A stretch of DNA of 64,000 bases, taken from sequence record NC_019526.1; one strand, 5' to 3'. Below are positions 1 through 9,489 of this stretch, piece after piece (position 1 is the stretch's first letter; every line of letters begins with the position of its first letter). The translations under genes and the position numbers were made by a program. The notes under the pieces were generated by a model. It was not told where the DNA came from, searched no databases, and saw only the letters and a list, made by a program, of their open reading frames with translations.

Positions 1-1549
1 TTAATGGTTGGATACTATCAACTACTATACTTGCATTTGGTTTAGATGTTGGTAATGATACTGTATTTTTATAAGTAACTTTATCTTTATACATACTACC
101 ATCATCACTGAATACATCAGTGTTTTGATATTTCCCGGTTGGGTCATTAATGTCAATGAATCGTGACTGACCACTATATATTCGGTTAATAGCTTTTGCT
201 TTTTGAACCAAATTACCCTGACTTAATGGTGCAATATCATAATCCTCACCATTGACAAATCGGTTTTGGGTGTAATATAATTGTGGAGCACGAGCTTTAA
301 TCTGTTCCAGAGTTTCAGCACTTTGTGCACGACTACTTTCGTACTGTAATGTAAATTTAACTTCAAGGATACTCTGTTCGTAGTTTGATTGTGCATTAGT
401 TCTGTACTGATATTTTATACTTTTATTTTGGATATCAGTTGTTTTAATACTGTATGTCATCCCATTACTAACACGATACCACGTTCTGAATGTTCCACGT
501 GGAACAACACCACTTCTTGAATCAGGAAACTTAATACTAATTTGATCATTATCACGCGTGGTTACAGCGAAAATAGTTTGTTTTTTTCTGTCTACACTGT
601 TATAAGCAACACTTTCCATTGCAGGAACTTTAGTCCATTTGGTTCTTACTAAACCGTCCTGATTAATTTCTTGTACCCAAACATCTGTTTCATTAATATT
701 ATTAACATTAATATCCTGTAAACGGTTTTCAATACTCACACTATAATCGAAGTCTTGTTTAGAAAGTGTGCCTTGTTTGAAATAAACGAAAAATCCAGTA
801 TTGATTGAATTAAAACCATTACCATCATTCTGATAAATGATATATTTTTGTTCTTGTGGTTCAGGATGGCGTTCATCGACACCAGAAGAGCTAATATCAG
901 GGTTTACTACTTCAAATTTCATACTTTCACCATTTACGTTTGCACTAAATGGGATAGCTGGTGATTGCATTTGATTAGTATTCATTTTATACAAATGAGT
1001 ACTCAACCCATTCACATTAGTTTTCTTAACTGGATTGCCAAACTGGTTGGTACTCACAAAAACATTGTTCATAACCAGAATAAAGTTCTCGTACCAGTTA
1101 GGATCAGTAGGGTCATTCCATCTAATCGTTTTATCTTTAAGTGATTTATTAAAACTATTTCGTACATCCTGGTTTGTTTTTATTTCAGTGACTTTAGCTA
1201 ATGCACGACCTGGATATGAACGTCTTGGAGCATAAGAGATCATTTTAGCAAGTTTAAGTACCGAAGCCCTGCGGGTTGCAGTATCCATAAAGTTTTCACG
1301 AGTGTTCATGTCCATACGAAATGCAAGGTTTTGACCAAGCATGGCAATCGTGTCCAGAATGAATAAAAATTCATCATTTGCAATCCAGTCATTGAATGTA
1401 TCAGGATAGTTAGTACTAAGATAGTCAACCATACTTTGACGTATACTATCGAAATCATATGAATTCAATGAAATTTGATAAAAACTTTCATATATTTGCG
1501 ACCAGTCTTCACCAGCGTATAAATTAGATTGTCTTCTTTGCTGAGACAT
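1..1549 (-). CDS. Baseplate wedge subunit (T4 gp6-like), 3' end runs off the window
   Basis: Open minus frame from ATG at 1549 (MSQQRRQSNLYAGEDWSQIYESF...YDFDSIRQSMVDYL...DFMDTATRRASVLKLAKMI), RBS AAGGA, TATAAATA late promoter at 1753-1760; N-terminus is typical of gp6/baseplate-J wedge proteins. Not in the ORF track because its stop is outside the window. Confidence 0.85.
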   Translation of the reverse strand, partial: MSQQRRQSNLYAGEDWSQIYESFYQISLNSYDFDSIRQSMVDYLSTNYPDTFNDWIANDEFLFILDTIAMLGQNLAFRMDMNTRENFMDTATRRASVLKLAKMISYAPRRSYPGRALAKVTEIKTNQDVRNSFNKSLKDKTIRWNDPTDPNWYENFILVMNNVFVSTNQFGNPVKKTNVNGLSTHLYKMNTNQMQSPAIPFSANVNGESMKFEVVNPDISSSGVDERHPEPQEQKYIIYQNDGNGFNSINTGFFVYFKQGTLSKQDFDYSVSIENRLQDINVNNINETDVWVQEINQDGLVRTKWTKVPAMESVAYNSVDRKKQTIFAVTTRDNDQISIKFPDSRSGVVPRGTFRTWYRVSNGMTYSIKTTDIQNKSIKYQYRTNAQSNYEQSILEVKFTLQYESSRAQSAETLEQIKARAPQLYYTQNRFVNGEDYDIAPLSQGNLVQKAKAINRIYSGQSRFIDINDPTGKYQNTDVFSDDGSMYKDKVTYKNTVSLPTSKPNASIVVDSIQPL

Positions 1550-1767
1550 ATATGTTATTCCTTTAAAATTATGTTGAATGTATTTTTAAAGTGCTGTATA
1601 AGTACTGAAATATGATTTTCATCATATCTAATTCTCAATAGTCATTCTTTATACACGTAATTATGTTTTCTAATGATTCATTATTACTTTGGTATTGTAA
1701 ATTGATTCATTTAACCATATAAAATACTATCCAGTACTATATTCTATGAAGATATTTATAAAATAAT

Positions 1768-1790
1768 AAAGGCTCCATATCGGAGCCTTT
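1768..1790 (-). terminator. Rho-independent terminator after the gp25-like gene
   Basis: AAAGGCTCC-ATATC-GGAGCCTTT inverted repeat with A/T tails. Confidence 0.75.
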
Positions 1791-1797
1791 AATGTTA

Positions 1798-2187
1798 TTA
1801 TGAAACAACATAAGATGACATTTTATCAGTGTTTCTGTTATCAAATACCATACGAAGAGTTTCAACTGAATTTAGAATTACATACTTCAGTTGTAATTCA
1901 ACTACATAACCGTAATCAATTTTTTCGGCTGCAATATTCAATAGTTCAACTCTTGGTTCTTCATACACAATTCTCCTACAGTCAGCTTCAATAAGATTGA
2001 GTGTGTTGTAGCTATCCAGTGAGAAGATTAAATCCCAACCAATAAACCCGTAGTTAGCATCAAATGCTCTCTCTCCTTTTCTGGTATTGAAGTGATTGAG
2101 AAGGTCTTGACGAATCAATTCTTCATTGTATAATGTTTTTGTTCTACCCTGTGATGGAGTAGAAAATCCTTTAAAAACAACAGCCAT
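1798..2187 (-). CDS. Baseplate wedge protein, gp25/GPW-like
   Basis: 129 aa, IRQDLLNHFNTRKGER...YGF and EPRV motifs of the gp25 family; baseplate context. Confidence 0.88.
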   Translation of the reverse strand: MAVVFKGFSTPSQGRTKTLYNEELIRQDLLNHFNTRKGERAFDANYGFIGWDLIFSLDSYNTLNLIEADCRRIVYEEPRVELLNIAAEKIDYGYVVELQLKYVILNSVETLRMVFDNRNTDKMSSYVVS

Positions 2188-2201
2188 ATATTAATTTCCT
2201 G

Positions 2202-2690
2202 TTATGCAGCAGATTCGACGATTTTAGCCATTTTATCTGCACGAGATGTAGTTTGACGATACCACAGTGAATCACGCATCTGACGTCCTGCTTCTTTATA
2301 ATCAGCACGACCTAAAGCAGCAAGTGCTTTTTTGAAGTTAAGCACTTTTGATTTACCCATTTGAAATACCATTAGCCATAGAACACGCTGTACGCTCTCT
2401 GGAGCAGTCATACCGAATTGTTGATAGATTGCCTTAGCATCATTGTATGCTTGCTTAGCGTCCTTCAGGAGCAGTGCATCAGCCTCTTTTTCAGTTAGTC
2501 CGTTTTTAAAGTTCTCGCCTTTTAAAACCAGATGACCATAACCAATAGTATCTAGACCTAAACTGTCTTTGTATACCCAGAATTTGTTATTTTTAAAATA
2601 ACCAAGTTTAGACTGATACGCGATAGTACCTTCAAACTCTTTGACTTCAGTAAAAAACTGTTTATCATCACTAGAAATAGACCAGCCCAT
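2202..2690 (-). CDS. Phage (GH24/T4-type) lysozyme, stand-alone
   Basis: EFEG...YKDSLGLDTIGYGHL and MVFQMG...SLWYRQTTSRA motifs; paralog of the C-terminal domain of 4475..7135. Confidence 0.9.
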   Translation of the reverse strand: MGWSISSDDKQFFTEVKEFEGTIAYQSKLGYFKNNKFWVYKDSLGLDTIGYGHLVLKGENFKNGLTEKEADALLLKDAKQAYNDAKAIYQQFGMTAPESVQRVLWLMVFQMGKSKVLNFKKALAALGRADYKEAGRQMRDSLWYRQTTSRADKMAKIVESAA

Positions 2691-2800
2691 ATTTTTACCT
2701 CTTTTACTTAAATTTACTTGACTTTGTATTTATATTAGAGTACATTTGTGTAGTAAAAATATTTGAATACTAAAAGTTGTTAATTATTTAAGGTGTTTAA

Positions 2801-3223
2801 ATGAGATATGATGTTATAAATGATGTTAGATCTGTTTCTGTGGTTAATAAAAAGTACTTCTATAAACCAAAAGGTAAAAACAATAAGAAGTATGAAACCA
2901 TGATTGATGAATACGGAACAGAAGTGATTTGTAGTGATGTACCACTTGATTTACCAGAATTATCATATGAATACAATTCTTCAATTGAATACAATGGTGT
3001 TGAATTTATTTATAGAACGTATATTCGTGATAATTATGAAATAGAAGATGATGTAATATACAGACGTATGACAGATTACACTGAAATGGATGAAGATGAG
3101 CTATTCCAGTACTCATTGGTATTCGAGAATGATAATTTTTCATTTCATGATGCAGTTAAAATACAAAAATGGTTAATTATGAGATATCGTGTTGTTAATA
3201 CCACGATTAATGTGGATTTATAA
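2801..3223 (+). CDS. Hypothetical protein
   Basis: 140-aa ORF, AAGGTG RBS, TTGACT-N17-TACATT promoter-like element upstream. Confidence 0.65.
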   Translation: MRYDVINDVRSVSVVNKKYFYKPKGKNNKKYETMIDEYGTEVICSDVPLDLPELSYEYNSSIEYNGVEFIYRTYIRDNYEIEDDVIYRRMTDYTEMDEDELFQYSLVFENDNFSFHDAVKIQKWLIMRYRVVNTTINVDL

Positions 3224-3234
3224 GAGAGATTATA

Positions 3235-3693
3235 ATGCCTGGAAAACCAGAGAAAATTTATGACAATACAGAATTAACCATTATACTGAAAAATGTAAAC
3301 AATTACAAGAATCTAAGTCCAGAAGCAAGGGAGATATTCAAAGAAACGAATATCAAGTACAAACCGAGCGGTGCTGAAAGACCCTATGATATGGATCATA
3401 TTTACTATATGATTAGAGTTCTAACTGAGGTGTCACTTGATTCAGTACGAAAGAGTTTAATTCTAAGGACAGGTGTAGTATTATCTAACAAGTCAATACA
3501 AAGATATAAGCGTGTTGTAATAGAAGTATCAAAAGCATTGTTATGTACACACAGAAATGGTATTGCTTTGCATATCAAAAAAGAAGAAGGAAAACACTAT
3601 TTGACAGATCAACAAAGTTCCAGATTGAACACTTTAAGGAAAAAGGGTGTCCCTATTGAGGACATGATAAATTACCTACAGAAACTGCTCTAG
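3235..3693 (+). CDS. Hypothetical basic protein, possible DNA/origin-binding
   Basis: 152-aa basic ORF with AAGAGA RBS; stop abuts the 36-bp repeats; function inferred from position only. Confidence 0.65.
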   Translation: MPGKPEKIYDNTELTIILKNVNNYKNLSPEAREIFKETNIKYKPSGAERPYDMDHIYYMIRVLTEVSLDSVRKSLILRTGVVLSNKSIQRYKRVVIEVSKALLCTHRNGIALHIKKEEGKHYLTDQQSSRLNTLRKKGVPIEDMINYLQKLL

Positions 3694-3812
3694 CCCAGTA
3701 TTCATGCGGGTTGTAGGAATTAGGGACACCTTTTTGTGTGTTTTTTTGGTGCAGTGTCCCTAATTCAGACCAAGAACCCAGTATTCATGCGGGTTGTAGG
3801 AATTAGGGACAC
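3694..3812. repeat. Two identical 36-bp direct repeats with an inverted 13-bp half-copy between them
   Basis: CCCAGTATTCATGCGGGTTGTAGGAATTAGGGACAC at 3694-3729 and 3777-3812; GTGTCCCTAATTC at 3754-3766. Confidence 0.95.
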
Positions 3813-4108
3813 TCTATTATTAAATTCATACTTTTTCCTGTCCTTAATTCAATAGGTCGCTACGCTCAAATATTGATCTTCGTCACTCCGTTCCTCGATC
3901 AATATTAAAATCGGCAATTTGCGTTTTGTTCTCGATTCGCAAGCGAACCAATCACAAACCCGCAGCGAATTGCGAATCTCCCTTCGGTCAGTCAGTAACA
4001 CTGCTTTTTGGAGAAAGCAACTCTCGGAGTGATGAAAAACGAATTCCATTCGCCTCATGAAAAACCAACGAATAGTCGGTTCTGTTGAATTACTTGAATT
4101 ATAATTGT

Positions 4109-4415
4109 CTGTATTCACTTCTAAGGAGTTTTATACACTTCCTTAGTGGTTCTATGTCTTAAACAAGAAAACACATCAGAATGCAATACAGGAATTCTCG
4201 TAGCTATTATCAAAGCAGTTACTATCCATTGTAATATCTGCTCCATTAAAAGGACGCCCAATTCAGTACTGAAAAACTTTTGTGAGTAAGTCATTTCAAA
4301 CTGATTAATTTAAGGACACCCATTCAAATTAGCTGTATCCACTTCTAAGAAGTTTTATACAATTCCTTGGTGGTTTTATGTCTTAAACAAGAAAACGCAT
4401 CAGAATGCGATACAG
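4109..4415 (+). repeat. Two imperfect 83-nt direct repeats, each closed by a 7-bp stem (candidate structured RNA or ssDNA element)
   Basis: 4109-4191 and 4333-4415; CTGTATT...AATACAG versus CTGTATC...GATACAG. Confidence 0.9.
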
Positions 4416-4444
4416 AGCGTTTTATGTGGTGTTACAGAAATAAC

Positions 4445-4467
4445 AAAAGGAGCACAAGGCTCCCTTT
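4445..4467 (-). terminator. Probable terminator after the gp5-like gene
   Basis: AAAAGGAGC-ACAAG-GCTCC-CTTT hairpin just 3' of the stop at 4475. Confidence 0.55.
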
Positions 4468-4474
4468 GTTATTA

Positions 4475-7135
4475 TTACTGACATGCCTCAAGACGACGTG
4501 CCATAAACTCGGCACGTCTTGTTGTTTGACCATACCATGCAGAGTTGCGAATGTGTGCCGCCGCCAGGCGATAGTTTCCCTGTGCCATAGCACCAAGCAT
4601 ACCCGTAAATTGTTGTACGCCCCCTTTACCCATCTGGAATACCATCTCGACTAGTACAAGTTGAGCCATATATGGTGTTTTCATCTTATAAGATGCATAG
4701 ATAGAACTTGCATCGTTGATTGCCTTTGTACTATCACGAACCAACATTGCATCAGCTTGTTCTTCAGTAATACCTGAACTGAAGTTTTCACCACGTAATA
4801 CTAGGTGTCCATAACCAATAGTTGGGAATCCTCTACTATCAGTATAAGTCCAGAATTTATCATTTCTAAAGTACCCTTTTGCTTGTTGATATTGTTTAGT
4901 ACCTTCAAACTCTTTGAGTTCTGGCATTAATGTAGAATCACCTGGTTTGATTTGCCAATCCACCGCAGTTTTATCTACTGTACCAATATTCATTTCTTGT
5001 GGGGAGTAATTAACCACTGTACTGCTTTTTGATGTTCTTGGTCGTCTAACCGGAACATGACGAGACCCACGTTGTGCATAACCAGAACCAATTGTTTGTA
5101 TCTTGGTACTAACAACCAGTTCATTACTATCATTACCAGACACCACTACTGTGTTAGATGATGTTTCTTTGGTAGCTTTACCTTGTATTAGTGTTTTATT
5201 TGCACATTCTGAACCCGTACCAGTTTGGGTAGCATAGAATAGACCAGGATCTACTGTACCACTAAAACCATATAAATTGGCTGAATCGACGCGAATTTCA
5301 AATTTCAAAATACCACTTGCAGTACCAATTTCTTGTCCTTTTTGTACTACATCTTTACTATACAATGAAGTTTTCAAACCATAAAATACTGATTTATACC
5401 CAGAATTATGTACAATATACACTGCATTATTATATATACCAACTGTACCGGCATCAGGTGCAACTACAGTAGAATTACATTGTATTTCCCAGCCATTATG
5501 ATCTGTTGTACTTCCTTTATTGTCAGTTATATTTTTACCCCAATACCCGTACTGACGAATAATACCATTACATGGCATTAACATGTGAAGACCTTCATAT
5601 GTTTGGGAATAACCATTCATACCAGTATCAGTCATTAAATCTTGTGTCTGTACTTGAGATGTTTCTGGGGCGTATGAGATGAACTGTACGGCCTCCTGTT
5701 GTTGAGCCTGTACCAACTGTGGCTGGACGTCATTCGCAGGTTGTGGATGTACTGGTGCCGTAGTTGAACCACTTCCTGAACCATTGTAACCCGTATCTAC
5801 GGTACTACCATGATTTGATGCATCCTGCCAGTTTGAAATATTATGAATATGTTCATTAAGTCCAGCATTTGGTGTTTTAAAGTCCGGTGCCATAAATTCA
5901 GCAGTACCCTTATTACCTGAAGCATCAACTGTAAGATTCTGCCCACCACCACTGATATTAGTGGATGAATCACCGATGATGTTAGCAGTTGAACCTTTCA
6001 TGGAAACATTACTACCAGCAGTCACATCAGTACTACTACCGCTTTGTAAACGTAAAGAAGCAGCCGTCACCAATCGTAAATCTGCACCACTATTGATAAC
6101 TACTTGTCCTTCTATTTTAGAATCCAATGAACCAAGTAATTCAAGTTTAGTATTACCACTAATACGAGCATTAAGATCCTGTCCAGTTTCTATATTACAT
6201 GATCTACCAGCAACCATATTAATATCCTGACCAGCACGAATGTTAATATTTTTATCGCAGTGAATATTAATATCTCCATCACCGGTAAATGATATACGAG
6301 CAGTACCATCACGATTGATTAATAAAATATCACCAGTTGCCTCAGATAACATCAACTGAGCACCACTACGAGTACGCAAAACAATACCTTCATTGGTTCT
6401 TGCTCCCACCCTGGTATCATTCACTGGGTTGTTGAATTGTGTATCCTGATAAGTATCTGGATCATCATCCCATGAAGGAACATTAAGTTCATCATCGGTA
6501 TATCCATCATCTAGTACAAAACTATTACCCCTTGGTGTACTCATACCATATACTGTACTAATCATTTGTCTGGTACTACTTCTATTAGCTACACCAGCTT
6601 CTTTGTCGTATAAAAGGTTTTGTTTTTTTAAACCTTCAACGATAGGAACATTGACATATTTTTCATTTTGATCAGTACTGATGGTATTTCTGTCATAATC
6701 GGTAACTGGTAATGGAGAATCTGTACCACTATATTGTGATGTAGTGGAAGTTGCCATACCTGGAACCATTGTGTTCATTCGTTGTTCGTATATACAACCA
6801 ATCCAGTAAGCTTCATGTGATCTACCCTGAATGAATATAACAATTACTGGACAGCCTACATCGGGAGGTACCGCCCAGAATCCATAACCTTTTGGATACT
6901 GACCGTATGCATCAGCACTCGGTACACCTGGGGTTTTACCTGCAAATGGAGACATATAAGAACATTCAATCCATGATTTCTTATCGTCTCGTTCACTTTG
7001 TGAACCCTGAACCCATACTTTAATTTTACCACTCATAGTAGGATCTCGGTTGTCCATAACAATCGCTACCTGTGGATAAGCTGGGTCAAAACGACCCAAC
7101 TGTTCTTTTGCATACTGTTTACTTGTATCTACCAT
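4475..7135 (-). CDS. Baseplate central spike (gp5/VgrG-like): OB fold, beta-helix, degenerate M23-like domain, C-terminal lysozyme
   Basis: DNRDPTMSGKIKVWV...GFWAVPPDVGCPVIVIF (gp5 OB fold), beta-helix repeats, EHIH, C-terminal EFEG/TIGYGHL lysozyme. Confidence 0.9.
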   Translation of the reverse strand: MVDTSKQYAKEQLGRFDPAYPQVAIVMDNRDPTMSGKIKVWVQGSQSERDDKKSWIECSYMSPFAGKTPGVPSADAYGQYPKGYGFWAVPPDVGCPVIVIFIQGRSHEAYWIGCIYEQRMNTMVPGMATSTTSQYSGTDSPLPVTDYDRNTISTDQNEKYVNVPIVEGLKKQNLLYDKEAGVANRSSTRQMISTVYGMSTPRGNSFVLDDGYTDDELNVPSWDDDPDTYQDTQFNNPVNDTRVGARTNEGIVLRTRSGAQLMLSEATGDILLINRDGTARISFTGDGDINIHCDKNINIRAGQDINMVAGRSCNIETGQDLNARISGNTKLELLGSLDSKIEGQVVINSGADLRLVTAASLRLQSGSSTDVTAGSNVSMKGSTANIIGDSSTNISGGGQNLTVDASGNKGTAEFMAPDFKTPNAGLNEHIHNISNWQDASNHGSTVDTGYNGSGSGSTTAPVHPQPANDVQPQLVQAQQQEAVQFISYAPETSQVQTQDLMTDTGMNGYSQTYEGLHMLMPCNGIIRQYGYWGKNITDNKGSTTDHNGWEIQCNSTVVAPDAGTVGIYNNAVYIVHNSGYKSVFYGLKTSLYSKDVVQKGQEIGTASGILKFEIRVDSANLYGFSGTVDPGLFYATQTGTGSECANKTLIQGKATKETSSNTVVVSGNDSNELVVSTKIQTIGSGYAQRGSRHVPVRRPRTSKSSTVVNYSPQEMNIGTVDKTAVDWQIKPGDSTLMPELKEFEGTKQYQQAKGYFRNDKFWTYTDSRGFPTIGYGHLVLRGENFSSGITEEQADAMLVRDSTKAINDASSIYASYKMKTPYMAQLVLVEMVFQMGKGGVQQFTGMLGAMAQGNYRLAAAHIRNSAWYGQTTRRAEFMARRLEACQ

Positions 7136-7146
7136 TATTATTTCCT

Positions 7147-9480
7147 TTAATTGGTATCAGAATTAGAATTTGATGTAGAATCTGAACGTTTTAATGCACG
7201 AACTACTAATGCTGCCTGAAGTTGTTGTGTAAATGAACCGCCATTAGAGAACGTACTAACTACTTTATTAACTCTATAAAAAGAACTATTAAAAATTGTT
7301 GGGGTACTTACATCCAAAATACCGGTATTATCATTAATAGAAACAACTGGTTTAATATTAAGTAAAAGATATGCTTCAGTATCCAGATAGTTAGCATAAT
7401 AAAAATCATCAACATCCAATGATATTTCTTGTCCATCCTGAACAATTTGTTTAATGTATTTTAAAAAAGAATAATCACTCCATCCCAACCAGTAAGGATC
7501 TCCAACAACTTTCATGTCAAGATTCATTAGAAAAGGGCGAACATAATAATTATCACGCATGTTACGCCTAACCATTTCTTCTGAACTACTATTATCATTA
7601 ACGGAAGCACTTGTGGTAGTGTAGTTATTCTCTGCTTCAGTAGGAACTGCGTAAATTAAATTATCACGAGTGGTAATATTACCAGTATCGCTTCCAGTAC
7701 CACTGTGCTCAGATGAAACGTTGTCATTGTAATCTTCTACGTATTCTCGGTTAACTTGAACTTTGAAGTTATTAAGTTCATCCTGTTCTTCTTGTGCTCC
7801 AACTTTTTGTAATGGAATAAGTGATTCATTAACTTTTTTAACGAATTGTTTTTGTTCATCTGTTAATACAGTACCAAGTTTTTCTTTTGTTTTTAAATCA
7901 TAAGCAACTTCCCATGCATCCGGTAGTGTTTTGTACTGAACACCGTCCAGAATAAACGGAGTACTGGCATGAGTACCACCAATATTTTTAGTGTCTTGTA
8001 TTGGTGTGGGGTTGCGTGTTGTAGCAACAAAAAACTGTTGATCGAATTTTAAATCTAAATTTAAAATTTCCTGGTTAAGACCCGTAAAATGATAATTATA
8101 AGTTTTGGCTTTTATTTTTGTTTTGTTATCACTTGGATCTATATATTTCTTAGCCTCATTAAAAAATGTTTCAAAATTAAATCTTTCTTTTTCCAAATCT
8201 TTCTCATGAACAATATCACCGAGTTTATATGGTAAAATATTAAAAATAACTTTATATACAGTAGTATTTCGATATGGATCAAACCCCACATATTCCTGTA
8301 CTGGAATGATATTAACAAATTGACGAACACTTTGTACATCTGCTGGATTACCACAGTTATCAAGTACATCATCGATTATTCTTGAAACTGGAGTACTGGC
8401 ATTCCATGACAAATACTTTGAACCTTGTTGACCTGTACTTGTCTTACCTACTTCGGAACTTTGTTTAGAATCATAATTGATATATAAATCTTTAAGAGAA
8501 GGAGTGACTCTTAATTCAAAGAATTTTTGATCAGAAAGTTCACTAAACAATGGGACAAGATATCCATATTGTCTCATTGACATTTCATTTAATTTATCTT
8601 CTAAATCTGCACATAATTCGTCAAAATATGCAGCAGTGCAGTTATATTGTTCTTTTAGTGTCCATGAATTATTATCAACTAAACTTCTTGTGTTAGCCAC
8701 TAATTGCATATTGTATTTCATTACGCTACCAGTTTGAGAAGCCTGTGCCAGTACTTTAATCATACGCACTGACCATTTTCTGGTAATATCAGGAATAACT
8801 GTTGGTGCTCCATCTTTATATCCAATAAATTTTAATTCGAGAATAAGAGGTACATCACCAAATTTCTTATAGCCAAGTTTGTTGCTTAATACAATTAATG
8901 TATCATATAAACTCATACTATTATTTTCAGTAACAGAAATTTCATATGTATTAGAACTATAACAAGTGGTTAAACCTGGAGAAGCTGGAACTGCGTTAGT
9001 AATTTTAACATCAGTAATACTATAATTAGAGGTAACACCACTTTCAGCAATAATATATTCTTGTGATTCCCAGTTTGGCTCTTTGTTAAACATTTTGAAA
9101 TCATCCGGTGATAATGCATAAAGGGAAAAATGCCATGTGTAATTATCATACTGTAATAGAACATTTTCATAATTAACTACATAGTCATTAAAATCTTTTC
9201 CATAAAATACACCATCTAATGGTCTATCTGTGCCATTATTTTCTGGTTGTGGGTTCGCCGCAAATTTGTTATTACTAATAGCACTAACATCATTTTTAAA
9301 AGAATTTACTTTATTTTGTAATATAGAAGAAATGTCTTTTGTAGCACTACTTTCGGATGTTGTAGTACTTGTTGAGTTTGATACACTGCTTGTAGTACTA
9401 CTTGATGCTGTTTTAGCTTGTTCTACATCATCAGCAAATGTTTGTGCCTGTTTTACTAGATTACTTAAATTGAATGCCAT
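7147..9480 (-). CDS. Baseplate hub-like structural protein
   Basis: 777 aa; LDMKVVGDPYWLG and YRVNKVVSTFSNGGSFTQQL motifs resemble gp27/gpD-type hubs; sits between spike and gp53-like genes. Confidence 0.7.
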   Translation of the reverse strand: MAFNLSNLVKQAQTFADDVEQAKTASSSTTSSVSNSTSTTTSESSATKDISSILQNKVNSFKNDVSAISNNKFAANPQPENNGTDRPLDGVFYGKDFNDYVVNYENVLLQYDNYTWHFSLYALSPDDFKMFNKEPNWESQEYIIAESGVTSNYSITDVKITNAVPASPGLTTCYSSNTYEISVTENNSMSLYDTLIVLSNKLGYKKFGDVPLILELKFIGYKDGAPTVIPDITRKWSVRMIKVLAQASQTGSVMKYNMQLVANTRSLVDNNSWTLKEQYNCTAAYFDELCADLEDKLNEMSMRQYGYLVPLFSELSDQKFFELRVTPSLKDLYINYDSKQSSEVGKTSTGQQGSKYLSWNASTPVSRIIDDVLDNCGNPADVQSVRQFVNIIPVQEYVGFDPYRNTTVYKVIFNILPYKLGDIVHEKDLEKERFNFETFFNEAKKYIDPSDNKTKIKAKTYNYHFTGLNQEILNLDLKFDQQFFVATTRNPTPIQDTKNIGGTHASTPFILDGVQYKTLPDAWEVAYDLKTKEKLGTVLTDEQKQFVKKVNESLIPLQKVGAQEEQDELNNFKVQVNREYVEDYNDNVSSEHSGTGSDTGNITTRDNLIYAVPTEAENNYTTTSASVNDNSSSEEMVRRNMRDNYYVRPFLMNLDMKVVGDPYWLGWSDYSFLKYIKQIVQDGQEISLDVDDFYYANYLDTEAYLLLNIKPVVSINDNTGILDVSTPTIFNSSFYRVNKVVSTFSNGGSFTQQLQAALVVRALKRSDSTSNSNSDTN

Positions 9481-9489
9481 AATAACCTC

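Noticed and set aside
3694-3812. CRISPR mini-array (36-nt repeat, 47-nt spacer, repeat)
   Set aside because: Only two repeats, the spacer contains an inverted copy of the repeat itself, no cas genes, and no recognisable repeat family.
4109-4415. tRNA or hammerhead ribozyme
   Set aside because: Has a 7-bp closing stem but no T-loop TTCRA, D-loop GG or CCA; the minus strand has CTGATGT/CTGATGC rather than the hammerhead CTGATGA core.
3849-4654. ORFs 3849..4118 (-) and 4367..4654 (+) as genes
   Set aside because: Atypical composition, no RBS; they overlap the hairpin cluster or lie antisense to the spike gene.
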